This document shows, piece by piece, positions 28,157 through 39,400 of a DNA stretch of 64,000 bases. Numbering within the stretch: position 1 is the first letter of the stretch; each line of letters opens with the position of its first letter. The DNA is taken from positions 16,226 to 80,225 of the forward strand of contig JAFUEE010000104.1 in NCBI GenBank assembly GCA_017464085.1, in the 5' to 3' direction. The DNA is from Pseudomonadota bacterium (GTDB lineage: Bacteria > Myxococcota_A > Bradymonadia > UBA4248). The position numbers and the translations under genes were made by a program. Under the pieces are notes generated by a model. It saw only the letters and a list, made by a program, of their open reading frames with translations, had not been told where the DNA came from and did no database searches.

Positions 28157-28804
28157 ATGAAGAAAAAAAAGCAGGTCGGACAGTGGTGGATAAAAGGTGC
28201 GTTGCTCATCGGCATCTGTCTGAATGGAATGCCGGCATGTTCAAATGTCAAGCCGGCTGTGAGCGCTCAGGACGATGCCGCGTTGCAGATGATGGTCGTG
28301 GACAGGTCGCATTTTGAGGTTTCCCATAAGAAACCGTGTTCGCATACGCGCATGTGTCCGGCGCCGCTCGTCTGCGAGAACGGCATGTGTGAGATTCCGC
28401 CTTCGATTACCGGGCGTGCGGATGAGCGGACGCCGCAGGTCTCTTTTGAGACGGATAAAGGGAAGTTCAAGATCTGGCTCGAAGTCGTCGATGATGATTA
28501 CACGATGCAGCGCGGGATGATGATGCGTCGCGGTTGTCAGCCTGGATGGGGCATGCTTTTTGTTTATCCGTCGGAGGGCATGCGTTCATTTTGGATGCAC
28601 AATACGTATATGTCGCTGGACATGGTGTTTATCCGGAGAGACGGTTCTGTCTCCAATGTCATAGAAAATGCCGAGCCGCTCAACGATGTGCCGAGGTACG
28701 AATCGACAGACCGGGTGATGTTCGTGATCGAGCTTCCGGGGGGGAGTGCGGCTGAATATGGCATCAGATCTGGCTCTCGGTTCGATATGTCCGATTTCAG
28801 GTAA
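28157..28804 (+). CDS. DUF192 (COG1430) family protein with signal peptide
   Basis: GMLFVYPSEGMRSFWMHNTYMSLDMVFIRRDGSV matches the conserved DUF192 core (GLM...FWM.NT...LD..F.D..G). Confidence 0.7.
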   Translation: MKKKKQVGQWWIKGALLIGICLNGMPACSNVKPAVSAQDDAALQMMVVDRSHFEVSHKKPCSHTRMCPAPLVCENGMCEIPPSITGRADERTPQVSFETDKGKFKIWLEVVDDDYTMQRGMMMRRGCQPGWGMLFVYPSEGMRSFWMHNTYMSLDMVFIRRDGSVSNVIENAEPLNDVPRYESTDRVMFVIELPGGSAAEYGIRSGSRFDMSDFR

Positions 28805-28922
28805 AGCGTCGGTTCTGCTTTTTTATTAGAATGAATGGAATTTTGTGTGTAAAATTATTATGACATGGCCTGTGAGAGCGGGCTGATTTCTTGTGTCGTG
28901 TGATACAGAATAGGTAAGGATA

Positions 28923-29594
28923 ATGGCTGGTAACCTGACATCTTCACTCGAAGATTATCTTGAGACGATTTATCTGCTTCAGGAAGGCAGGAATCAGGAT
29001 GCGCGCGTGCGCGATATTGCAGCGGCGCGCTCAGTGAAGGCATCATCCGTTTCGCCTGCGCTCAAGCGGCTTTCAGAAATGGGATATCTCAAGTATGAAC
29101 AGCGTGAGTTGATCCGTCTGACGGACTCGGGGCTTGTCGCGGCGCGGCGCGTCTATGCGCGGCATGTGCTGCTGTTTCAGTTTTTCCACGATATTTTGGG
29201 CATGCCAGAGGAAAAGGCGCGCGAGGAGGCTTGCGGACTGGAGCATGCGCTTTCGGACGAGGGCATGGATCGTTTCGTGAGATTTTTTGAGTCCCTGACG
29301 ATGTGCCAGCATGCGAAGGCTTGCGCCGATGTGCCTGAGAATTGTCAGAACTGCACCAGGCATGGCGGCAATCATGTGCATTTTTCGGAAGTCAGGGACG
29401 GAGAAACGGCAGTTGTCTGTCAGATTCAGGCGGACGGGGAGGCGCGGCAGACCATACTTGAAATGGGGATATTGCCAAATGTTTCGCTGCACAGGCGCTT
29501 TTCAACGGAAAGCCATGTGTTTGTCGCGATCGGTCAGCATGAACTTGTGCTGACCAAGGAACAGTGCGCGGCTATTTTGGTGATTCGGAACTGA
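28923..29594 (+). CDS. DtxR/MntR-family metal-dependent transcriptional regulator with C-terminal FeoA/SH3-like domain
   Basis: AAGGA RBS. The N-terminus LEDYLETIYLL...ARVRDIAAARSVKASSVSPALKRL is a winged HTH. The C-terminus VVCQIQADGEARQTILEMGILPNVSL is FeoA-like. An unusual Cys cluster (CQHAKACADVPENCQNCTRH) sits in the metal-binding region. Confidence 0.85.
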   Translation: MAGNLTSSLEDYLETIYLLQEGRNQDARVRDIAAARSVKASSVSPALKRLSEMGYLKYEQRELIRLTDSGLVAARRVYARHVLLFQFFHDILGMPEEKAREEACGLEHALSDEGMDRFVRFFESLTMCQHAKACADVPENCQNCTRHGGNHVHFSEVRDGETAVVCQIQADGEARQTILEMGILPNVSLHRRFSTESHVFVAIGQHELVLTKEQCAAILVIRN

Positions 29595-29764
29595 GCGCTG
29601 CGTCTGCCGGGGAGCTGTTTCGGGGCATGGGGGGCTGTAAACTCCAGAAGGCTTGCGGCATTTTCATGGAATGAGCAGAGGGCGGCCACTTGCTTTGTGC
29701 CAAGCGGCATCTCTGATGGCTGCTTCCCAGAGGCGCCTCATTTTGTCTTTTTTTTAGAGAGGGG

Positions 29765-29792
29765 CGCTTTCTTTTGGTACAAAAGAAAGCGT
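29765..29792. terminator. Bidirectional terminator: perfect 12-bp palindrome CGCTTTCTTTTG gtac CAAAAGAAAGCG flanked by T-runs on both strands
   Basis: Lies between convergent genes (DtxR + and PPC lipoprotein -). It is preceded by T8 and followed by TTTCCC. Confidence 0.6.
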
Positions 29793-29811
29793 TTCCCGGA
29801 GGGCTGGAAGC

Positions 29812-31668
29812 TCAGAAGCTGTCTTCGTCATCGGCTGGAACTGCCGGTTTTTTAGGTTGTTGAGGCGGCGTCTGTGCAGCCTTGATCAGATCGTCGAGAC
29901 CGATCTCATCGCTGTTCTGCGGCGTATTTTGCGTTTTCTGTTGTTCTGTGGCAGAAGGCGCGGCAGGCGCGAGATCTGGCTGAGCAGGCGCAGGCATTTG
30001 CGCGTCTTGTTCAGAATCGGCCTGCGCAGCTTCGGTCTGGACGGTGTTCATCGCGGATTCGTTGGGGGTGAATGAGGCTTTGAGGCGATAGGGCTTGAGG
30101 CAGTTGTCGCCGGCGCCAGAGATGAGGAGCGTGTATGTGCCGTTTGGCGCGTCAAACGCGAGATGTATCGGTTTTGAGAGCTGAGTCGAGCGCGTCTGTG
30201 AGATCTCAAAGCCATCCTGGTCCTGAAGTTTGAGCTGAAGCTCGGCGATATAGCCCGCATCTATGTCGATGTTGAGCGTTCCGACTGGGCCTTGCACATG
30301 TGGGAAACTGGGCAGCGCGATCTTGTAGACATCGATGTCACCAGCGGGGAAGATGTGTCCCGCGAGCTCATGGTCGAGCTCAAGGTGCGTGGCCTGCGCG
30401 GGCGACTGGTTCGGCTCGGTCTCGATACTGAGCGCATCTTCGAGATCGGTGGAAAGCTTATAGGCAAGCGGCCATGCGGTGCTGGCTGTTCCTGGCAGGA
30501 CTTTGAGGAGCAGCGAGCCGTTCTGTGGGGGGGCATCGCAGACGGTCGTGTCCTGAGCGAGAGAGTCCTTCCGGATGCTGCCGTCTTCGGCAATGAGCAC
30601 GAGCTTTGCCTGGCCTTGCTGCGGGCCGACGAGGCGCGCGCGGCCGATCTTGCCTTCGGGCACCATCACGCGGAAGATATCGACATCGGCGTCATCGAGC
30701 AGGGAGAATTCGAGGGATTGAATGTCGCCTTGAAGGATCTGCGCTTTCTCGATGGTGTTGTTCGGTTCGATTTCGTCCGGCATTTTATCGAGCGGGGTTA
30801 CGGTAAAGGTGTATTTCTGCGGTTCCTGGATGTTTTCGAGGCTCTTGATGCGGACGTAGTAATCCTCTTTTTCGGGGATGAGCAGGTCGGAACGGATGTT
30901 CTGCGCGGTCCGGCTGATCTGCGACCAGATGGCTTTGCCCTGGTATTCGATGGCGACTTCGACCGCCGTCTGCGGAAGTTCGAAGGCAAATGAGGCGGGC
31001 GAAGTGAGATGTATCCTGAACAGGTCGATATCGCCTGTGGGGAACAGCGAGCCGTTCACGACTGAGGGGGGATAGGGCGAATTACCTTTTTGGAGATAGA
31101 CGATATCGGGAGATCCGGTTCCGCCGGCGGTTTTCTCGTCGTTGGGTTCCATTTCGAGGTATTCGCCGTATTCAGGGGAGAGCCTTGCGACGGAGACTTT
31201 GTAGCTTGCGTTTTGCTCAGGCGAAAGTCGTCCGCGCACGGTCAGGTAAATCCCCTGCGGGGAGAGCATGATGTTCGGCAGGAGCTCGGGGGCTGCCGGA
31301 CCGGCCGTGTCGTATGAGCGGCTGTCCTTGTCAGTGCCGTTCACGGAAAGGTCCGCGAGGATGTCGAAATCGCTTTCGGGCGTGACCGTGATATCCGCGA
31401 TCGTGCCATTTTTTGCCTGAATCCTGTAGACGTCGACATCATCTCCGGTGAGCGTTCCGGACCATTGCATCGTGTCTCCTGTCATGGCGACAGCGGATGC
31501 CTGAAGCGCCGAATTGTTCGGCTCGATATCCAGGCCGTCCTGTACAGTTTCCTGAATCGACGGCGGCGCCATGTTTTTGAGGCCGGATGGCTTGGGTTCG
31601 TCTTTTTTGGAGCTGCAGCCGGCCGCGAGCAGGGCGGCAGCGATCAAGATAACATTCCGGATGCGCAT
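29812..31668 (-). CDS. Lipoprotein with four pre-peptidase C-terminal (PPC)-like repeats and an acidic low-complexity C-terminus
   Basis: GGAGA RBS 5 nt before ATG 31668. Lipobox LAAGCSS. Four occurrences of E-[PM]-N-[ND]...G-D-[IV]-D-[VLI]-[YF]-[RK]-[IV] (EPNNS...DDVDVYRI, EPNDE...GDIDLFRI, EPNNT...DVDIFRV, EPNQS...GDIDVYKI). Confidence 0.8.
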   Translation of the reverse strand: MRIRNVILIAAALLAAGCSSKKDEPKPSGLKNMAPPSIQETVQDGLDIEPNNSALQASAVAMTGDTMQWSGTLTGDDVDVYRIQAKNGTIADITVTPESDFDILADLSVNGTDKDSRSYDTAGPAAPELLPNIMLSPQGIYLTVRGRLSPEQNASYKVSVARLSPEYGEYLEMEPNDEKTAGGTGSPDIVYLQKGNSPYPPSVVNGSLFPTGDIDLFRIHLTSPASFAFELPQTAVEVAIEYQGKAIWSQISRTAQNIRSDLLIPEKEDYYVRIKSLENIQEPQKYTFTVTPLDKMPDEIEPNNTIEKAQILQGDIQSLEFSLLDDADVDIFRVMVPEGKIGRARLVGPQQGQAKLVLIAEDGSIRKDSLAQDTTVCDAPPQNGSLLLKVLPGTASTAWPLAYKLSTDLEDALSIETEPNQSPAQATHLELDHELAGHIFPAGDIDVYKIALPSFPHVQGPVGTLNIDIDAGYIAELQLKLQDQDGFEISQTRSTQLSKPIHLAFDAPNGTYTLLISGAGDNCLKPYRLKASFTPNESAMNTVQTEAAQADSEQDAQMPAPAQPDLAPAAPSATEQQKTQNTPQNSDEIGLDDLIKAAQTPPQQPKKPAVPADDEDSF

Positions 31669-31726
31669 CAGATTCTCCAAAAACAAGCAAAGCGCCCGAA
31701 GGCGCCCTGCTGAGAAGTTTTATGAT

Positions 31727-32239
31727 TTATTTCGCCTTATAGCGTTTGACGAGTTCGGAGGTGATATCGAAAGACTGGTTGTAGAACACGATGCCGCCTT
31801 CGGTGCGCTCGATGATCATGTCGAGCTTGCGTTCCTTGGCGATATCGGTCGCGATGGTCGTCATCTTTTTCTGGACTTCGCCGAGGAGCTTCTTCTGGAG
31901 CTCGAGCATTTCCTGCTCATAAGTCTGCATTTCTTTCTGAAGCTCGAGCATCATCTGCTGATATTGCTGCGCTTTTTCCTGAAGTTTTTCCTGGCTCAGG
32001 ACGGACGCGCTTTCTTTGATCTCCTGCTGGAAGGCCATGATTTTCTTTTCGGAGGCCTTGAGCTTGGTTTCGCGTGTCTCTTTTTCGGACTTGAGTTTTT
32101 TGAGGACGCCGTTTGTTTCGGTCTGTTCGATCGCGCCCATCATATCGACGATGCCGACGGCGATGTCAGCCATGGCGTTTGCCGCAAATCCGAAAGTGAG
32201 GCCACAAGCGAGCAGTGAGGAAAGCAGCCATTTTTTCAT
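31727..32239 (-). CDS. OmpH/Skp-family periplasmic chaperone
   Basis: Signal peptide MKKWLLSSLLACGLTFGFAANA is followed by coiled-coil-rich sequence with a KLK/ELQ pattern. Size and composition are typical of Skp. Confidence 0.75.
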   Translation of the reverse strand: MKKWLLSSLLACGLTFGFAANAMADIAVGIVDMMGAIEQTETNGVLKKLKSEKETRETKLKASEKKIMAFQQEIKESASVLSQEKLQEKAQQYQQMMLELQKEMQTYEQEMLELQKKLLGEVQKKMTTIATDIAKERKLDMIIERTEGGIVFYNQSFDITSELVKRYKAK

Positions 32240-32439
32240 ATTCATATCTCCTGGAATGAAATGGTTCCTGGTACGCCGTGTGAGGTGTACGATAAAGTCG
32301 CGCATCAATAAGGGTTAGTTGCAGAAAAATCAAGTATTCTCCGCATCTCATTGCTTAAAATGGGGGTGAGGGCCGTTTTATTTCAAAAAATTTTTGAGTG
32401 TAATTGCCGAGCTTGTGCGCGAATCATTTTTTGTGGAGG

Positions 32440-32548
32440 ATTGCCGCTTTCGCCTTTGGCGATACGCGGCATGATTGGCGCGTCCTATCGGCCTGCGGCC
32501 AATACGTCCGCGCAGCGGATTTCGTCGCGTATCGCAGATAGCGGCGAA
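32440..32548. repeat. Cluster of REP-like hairpins, subfamily C (tcgcctttggcga; tatcggcctgcggccaata; tatcgcagata)
   Basis: Three successive TAT-stem-loop-ATA hairpins bracketed by GCGGC-like flanks. They lie between the esterase (-) 3' end and the skp start. Confidence 0.7.
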
Positions 32549-32647
32549 ACAAACGCGCCGTATGCCGCAGGCATAGGCGCGTCCATGTTAAAGGGTTGCG
32601 GGCGTTCATCCGTTCGGCAAGGCTTGCCGGGCGAGGCGCCTGTTTGT

Positions 32648-33379
32648 CTATACGACAAAATCGAGGAAATAGGGGAGCTGCACTCTCCACCAGTTCCAGT
32701 CGTGATTGACATCGGTGCCCCAGAAATCGCACCAAGCGGGGATAGCTTTGGCCTTGAAGATGCGGTCGAGTTCGCCGGTGTCGTGGATCATCTCGTCTTC
32801 CCATGCGCCGCGCCCGCAGCAAGCGATGATCTGGCTATTGCGGTATCTGTCGATGAACCACGGATCGTTGCAGTTGGGGAGATAGAGCAGGGGGGAGTTG
32901 AAGTAGACGTTGTCGTCGCAATAGTCGCCGACGAAATAGGAGAGCTGGTAGCAGCCGCTCAGAGCGATGACGGCGTTGAACACGTCGGGATGGCGCAGGA
33001 AAAAGTTCATGGCGTGGTATCCGCCGAGGGAGCAGCCGGTCGCGAGGATATCGCCGCGCCCGCTGATATTGTAGATGAACGGCGCGACTTCCTGGATGAT
33101 GTAAGCATCGTAATCGTTGTGTCGTCTGGCGCGTTCGGCGGGATGCACGCTGGTGTTGAGCCAGGATTCGTTGTCCGCGCTGCCGACGGTGAAGAGGATG
33201 ATGCGCCCGTCTTCGATGAAGCGCTCGACGGCGCCGACCATTCCGAAATCCTCGAACTCGTAGAAAGATCCGCCGGAGGAGGGGAAGACGAGGACAGGTT
33301 TTCCGGCATGTCCGTACACATAGAGCTCCATGTCTTTGCCGAGCGAAGGGCTGAACCAGCGGTGATATTCTTTTTTCAT
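32648..33379 (-). CDS. Esterase-family hydrolase (putative esterase / esterase D-like alpha/beta hydrolase)
   Basis: Nucleophile elbow GCSLGG. The length and the N-terminal HRWFSPSLGKDMELYVY are typical of the PF00756-type esterase family. An AAGGA RBS is present. Confidence 0.75.
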   Translation of the reverse strand: MKKEYHRWFSPSLGKDMELYVYGHAGKPVLVFPSSGGSFYEFEDFGMVGAVERFIEDGRIILFTVGSADNESWLNTSVHPAERARRHNDYDAYIIQEVAPFIYNISGRGDILATGCSLGGYHAMNFFLRHPDVFNAVIALSGCYQLSYFVGDYCDDNVYFNSPLLYLPNCNDPWFIDRYRNSQIIACCGRGAWEDEMIHDTGELDRIFKAKAIPAWCDFWGTDVNHDWNWWRVQLPYFLDFVV

Positions 33380-33400
33380 GTGAAATCCTTTGTAGGCAAA

Positions 33401-33426
33401 TAAAAACCGGCCTTTGCAAGGCCGGT
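33401..33426 (-). terminator. Intrinsic terminator for the giant TPR gene (CCGGCCTT tgc AAGGCCGG plus T-run on the minus strand)
   Basis: 8-bp stem. The minus strand reads the hairpin followed by TTTTTAT, 25 nt after the stop at 33451. Confidence 0.6.
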
Positions 33427-33450
33427 CTGTATGTTGGATGTCAGAAAGGG

Positions 33451-36400
33451 TTATGCGATGTGTTCGGAGAACGTGCTGGAGACGTAGTAAGCGAGAACGC
33501 TTCTCAGCACGTATGAGACTTCAAATGCCTTGCTGATTTCGTCGATGGTCTTGACATTGCGCTGTTCGGTGATGCGGTCATCGATGCGCGTCTCGGCTCT
33601 CCAGACGGTTCTCATATCGGCAACGATATAGGAAGCGAGGATGTCGCTCGAGAGGAGCATGTCGCGCGTGAAGGTTTCGGCGCATTCGCGGAGCTTGTCG
33701 GCGTCGTAGACAGAGATCTGCGCGCTGAGGTTCTTGAGGTCTTCCTCGGTGAGCGCGGCCTTGATTTTGCTGACGAGAGCCTGAGTCTCCTGCGTGACGG
33801 GGATGACATCTGCAGCGGCGAGGACGGCTTTTGGAAGGATGTCGCGGATTTCAGCGGGAGCAGAAGCGAGGATGCGGACATCCGGGTGGGCGAGTCCGAG
33901 GCCTTTGGCAAGCCAGAACTGAAGCTCGTTGCCGGCAGCTTTCTGGAAGATTTCGGTGCGTATGCAGACGATGAGCGGATCGGCGCTGACGATGACGATG
34001 GCTTCAGGAAGCTCGGAAGAGCGCCAGAGGGCGATGTTTTCGAGTCCGAGGCCGGCGCGCATCTGATGGAAGATCTTCCCGTTGGGCGTGAACTCAGTGA
34101 CTTCGGTTGCACCAGTCGTGACCTGTTCGAGCGATGTGGGTCCGAGCGGCCCGAGTTTCAGGCTGACGGCCTGGAGCGCATCGAGGATGGCGAACTGTTC
34201 GTCGGAGAGGACAGGGAGCGCCTTGGCGATCGAATCGAGTGAGATGGACTCAGTCTTTTCGAACTTGTTCTTGAGATCGTTGAGGGTTTCCTTTGTCTGA
34301 GCGTCGAGCTGTAGCAACGCGCGCAGCGGCGACATGATTGCCCATGCCTGGAGCTCTCGTCCTGCCTGGAGATGTGACTGCGCGAGTTTGAGCGCGTAGT
34401 TGTAGCAGCCCGAGCAATAGGTGATTGCTTTTTCCATCAGCATGCGAGTTTTTTCTTCGTCATCCTGCGGCATCGCGAGCAATTTCTCGATAATCTCTGC
34501 TGAAGGCGCTGTTTCGAGGAGGCGGTAGAGGATCGAGGATGCCTTCTTTGGTTCGTTGAGCTGTTTGGAATAGAGATCCGCGAGTCGGACGAGGATGGCA
34601 TTTTCCTGATCTTTTGGGAGATCGCTCTCGAGGCGACCGTCGAGGAGTTCAGCGAGCTGTTTCCATTCCTGAGTGGCGACGAGCATTCTTTCGAGGCCGT
34701 CGAACGCGCGCGAGAGGCCGGGCTGATAGGAGAGGGCCATATCGTAAGCTTCCGTTGCGCTTTCCGTGGAGATTGACTCGGAGAGTTCGCCGCGTGTGCA
34801 CCAGAGGCTTGCGAGGACGGCAGGATCGACAGTTGTCTTTGTGAGCGTATCGACGAGCTCGAGAGCTTCCTGATAGCGGCCGGCGCGTTTGTAGACTTCG
34901 AGGCTGCGTTCGACGAGGTCAACATTGGATGCGCCGTTGTTGAGAGCGCCTTCATAGTAGATGCCGGCTTCATCGGCATCATTGAAGCAGTCGCTCCAGA
35001 TTTTGCCCATGTCGTAGTAGGTGTTTCCTCTGCGTTTGGTCTGATCCGGCGTGACGAGGAGGCTCTGCTGCAGGCTTGCGAGAGCGAGCAGGGGCTGATT
35101 CAGTTCGGCGTAGCTCTTTGCGATTGCCATGAGTGCATCGTAGTGGAGCGGCGCGATCTTGATTGTTTCGCGAAGGTCGTCGAGAGCATGTGCGTAATCC
35201 TTGCGGTTGTTGGAGAGCAGGCCGCGTTTGAACAGGACTTCGCTCTTAGTCTCTTTATCCAGAGCATTGTTTGTCTTGAGAATCGTGTCGTAAATGCCGT
35301 AAGCCTTGTCGAGGTTTCCGCAATCCTGTTCGAAATCGCCGATAGCCATTGCCACAGGGGCGAAGCTCGGAGCGATCGCATAGGCTCTGCGGAGCAGAGT
35401 TTCGGATTTTGCGTCGTTGCCGCATGCCTGAGCGACCTGAGCGACATCGAACATCAGCTTGGCGATCTTCGGCGCCTGATCGGGCGTCGGGAGCGTGGTG
35501 CGCTCGACTGCGCCGAAAGCGCCGAGGGAGGCTTCATAAGCCTCTTTGAGGTTGTTGCATTTTTCCTCGATAGAAGCGAGCCTCTGCCAGGCTTCGATAT
35601 TGTCGTGATCGACAGCGATGGCTTTCCATGCCCAGATGCGGGCGGCATCATTGGAATCTGCCTTGCAGGAGAGCTCGACGAGTTTCTTGGAACGGTCTGA
35701 CCATGAGAGCTCGCGTTCATTCTCGAGCGGGAGCAGGGCGCTTGTCGAGCGCCAGTTTTTGAGGCGGCGCCCAAGACTTCTGAGGCTGTCTGAGGCTTCG
35801 ACGTTGTTGGCATCGAGGATGCGGGCATTTCTGTAGAATGTTCCGACCTGTGCGGTGCGGTCTTTGTCGTCGCAGACTTCAGCCATGTGGCAGTAGAAGA
35901 TGGCGCCCCAGACCGGATCGACGAGTTTCAGGACGCTTTCGAGCGCATTGAGATAAAGGTCGATGTCGCCTTTTTTGAGCGCCATGCTTGCGAGCCCGAA
36001 GTAGGCATTCTTTTCGGGCGTGCCGGTCTTGTTGATGTTGCGGTATGTCTCGATGGCGGCATCTGTCTGGTCGAGTGCAAGCGCCTGAATGCGAGCGAGT
36101 TCGAAGAGATGGGTTTTGTTGACCGATTTGCTGTTGGGATTTCCGGCCAGCTCACGGATGGTGTCGGCGTATTTGTTCCAATCGCCTGCAGCTCTCAGGC
36201 TTGCGCAATAGCGGTCGATGATTTCGTCGTTATCCGGTTCGAGTTTCTGGAGTTTTTCAACAATCCTGGCGCTCAGCGCGGCATCGTGCAGTTTTTCATC
36301 GACGATTTCGAGTGCAGCATTGTAGATGTCGGAGGCTTCCAGCTCGTCATCATCCACGATGCTGTCAGCGCGTTCGAGCATGATCTGTACAAGATTTGGC

Positions 36401-39400
36401 CAGAGCTTGAGCGCTGTGTAGGCATCTTTGAGCGGCGCATAGCCGATGCCGCAGGCACCTGTCTCTTTGTAGAGTTTTTCGAGTGTTTCGCATGCAGCAT
36501 CAGGCTGTGAGAGCTGATCGCGCTGCAGGCCGGCGATCTGGAGCAGTATTTCCGGACGCTTGTCTTCGCTGGAGAGCTTGAGTTCGAGCTTGAGACGTCT
36601 GAGTTCGACCTCAGGGCCGATATCGGCATCCGTGAGGGCAGCCAGGCCGTTGCGTGCATCCTCGTTTGTCTCGTCGATCTGCAGGATTTCTGCATAGCCG
36701 TCGAAAGCGCTTTCGAGGTCAGAGAGATGATTGTTGGAGATGTCGACGACGCGAAGCCAGAGGGCGATTTTCTGTTCGGGCGTGCAGCCGCCGGCAGAGA
36801 TGCGCTGCTGGATTTCCGAGCGGAGCTGAGCCCATTCTTCGCGTGCTTCGTGCCAGGCGATGAGTGATTCGAGTGATTCGATGCAGCTTGGCTCGATGTG
36901 AAGGATAGTGCGTTCGACATCGACACTGCGCTCGAGGTCGTTTAATGGCCCTTTGTAGAAGTCAGCGAGTTTTCTGTAGAGCGAGAGGCTTGTATCGATT
37001 TCTCCGGATGCGTGCGCTCTGGAGGCAGCGAGCCTGAGCGTCTGAGCATATCTGCCTGCGAGTCTGGGATCTTCCGACCATGCGGCGAGTTTTTCGAGCG
37101 AATCGAGATTTGAGGGTTCAGCAGTGAGCACTGAAGCGTGGAGGGCGAAAGCGCCTGCGATGCTGCCGAGTTTTGTCTCGTAGATGTCTGCGACTGCGGT
37201 CAGTGATGTGGAATCTGCAGAGAATGCGCGTTTTGCGCTTTCGAGCATCGTCACGCAGAGCGGAGCATTTTCGGGGATGTCGGTCTCGGCGATGAGTTTG
37301 GCTTCGAGTTCTGCGGATGGCATGAGGCGATAGCCGATGAAGAGCTCTGTAAGCGCTTCATAGCCGTGTGCGAGAACATTTTTCTGGATGTTGAAGCATT
37401 TGTCGGCGATTTCGGCGCGAAGCGACTTGTCTTCCGTGGCATCCCAGATTTCGCCATAGATGCCGAGGAGCTGTTCGCTGAGGCCTTTTTCGAGCGCGAG
37501 GCGTTCGATATTCTCGAGAAGCTCGGCATTGGCGGGATCCATCGCGAGCAGGCGCTGATATTCTTCGAGTGCGCGAGCGGGATCGTCAAGGCGTGTGAGG
37601 AGGATATCGATGCGTTTCTGAATCGCGGAGCGGCGAATTTCGGGGGCGAACTGAGCGGAAGTCAGGCAGCCGAGGACAGCGACGACTTCTTCCCAGCGGT
37701 TTGTCTGCGGCGCGAGTTTTTCGAGTTCTTCCGCGAGCGCGACGGCTTTCTGGTCATCGAGCGCTGAAGCGAACAGGATTGTGAACGCGAGCGTGTAGTC
37801 GCTGAAGTCTTCGGTATGGATGCGCGCGATGTCGCTCAGGAGCCTGTCACGTTCTTCGACGGTATCAGCTTCGAAAGCGCGGCGTGTCCATGCGGCGCAC
37901 AAATCCTTGCTGTGGTTCTGTGAGCGGCAGAGCGAGACGAAGTCGTTCTCGATGGAGTGGTCTCCGAGCTGCAGGATTCTGCGCATGAGCTGGATGCGTT
38001 GCACGACGTTTGTCTTGGGGATGAAGCGCAGCGTCTGCTTGAGGACATTGCAGCGCTTGTCTGTGTCATCGGTGAGCGTGGCTGCGATTTCGAGCGCAGC
38101 GATGACGATGCCGCGTTCGGATTCGTTGCAGAGCGATTCGAGCGCCGAGAGCGCTGTTTCGTTCGTCGGATCCCAGCAGAGGACGCGGAGATAGGCAGAT
38201 ACTGCCTGTGCGTGAGGCGCGCAGTCAACACTGGCGTCGGCGATACGCATTGCAAGCGATATGCGCTCATCGCGGTTTTCGATTGTGCGGAGCGCCTGTT
38301 CCCAGGCTCCGATCATTTCTGATTCGCGGTGGAGCTTTTCGAGCACTTCGGAGAGGTTTTCAAGGGCGTTGCGATTATCTGGGTCGCAGTCGAGGACGAT
38401 TTCCCAAGCGGCAGCGGTATGCGCAGAGGCCGGGCTGTGCTGCATGAGGTATTTGCCCTTGCTTTCCGCGAGCGGGAGGACATTTTCGGGATCTGCGACG
38501 CGGATCTGCTGTGTCAGGCTGCTGTCGAGCGATTCGAAGTCGCCCTGTTTTGCGTAAACGCGGGAGAGCTCTTCGCTGACATCTGGGTCGCGTGGATCGA
38601 TGGCTTGGACTTTTTTCCAGCAGTCTTCTGCGCGTTCATAATTTTCGAGCTTGTCGAGGTAGAGCGTGCCGAGTTTTGAGAGCAGCTCGCGGCGTGCGGC
38701 CGGACGGCTCGTGAGCGCGAGCAGTGCTTCCATTGAGGTGGCAACGCCCTGATCATCGTCAAGCGCCTCATAGAGGGAGATAATCTTCTTGTGCGTGTCG
38801 ACATCGCTGTTGTCGAGCTCGACGAGTTTCTTGAGCAGCGAGATGGCGACTTCATTGTCGAAGAGCCGTGTTTCGGCGACATCAGCAGCTTTTCTGTAAT
38901 TGTCGATGGCGGCAGCAGTATTATCGGCGCTCAGTGCGGCTTCTGCGCGTTCTTTGTAGAAATTGCAGAGCTGGTCATTGAGGTCGCCCTGGAGGAAGTA
39001 CTGTTCTTTGGCGTGGAGTGCATCTCTGTCGTTGGGGAGCTCGAGAAGGATGGCGTCATAGGCTTCGACCGCGAGTTCATATTCGCCTTTGTTCCAGAGG
39101 ACTTCCGCCGCAGCGCGATGGATGTCGAGTTCGACTTTCTTGTCGAGGCCGGGCATGCGGCTGAGCTTAGCGAGTTTGTCGACGTCCCCATTGAGGCGGC
39201 AGACGCTGATTTCCTGGAGGAGAAGAAGCGGATCGTTCGGTCTGTCTTTGAGGAGGACTTTGAGCGTTTCGGAAGCGCGTTCCGCATCGCTGAGGCCGGA
39301 GATGTAGATCTCGATGACTTCGCGCAGGCCCAGTCTCTGGATATGTCCCCAGTCGGCGCATTTCGTGCGGATGAATTCGGCAAGTTTCTGCCAGCAGGCA

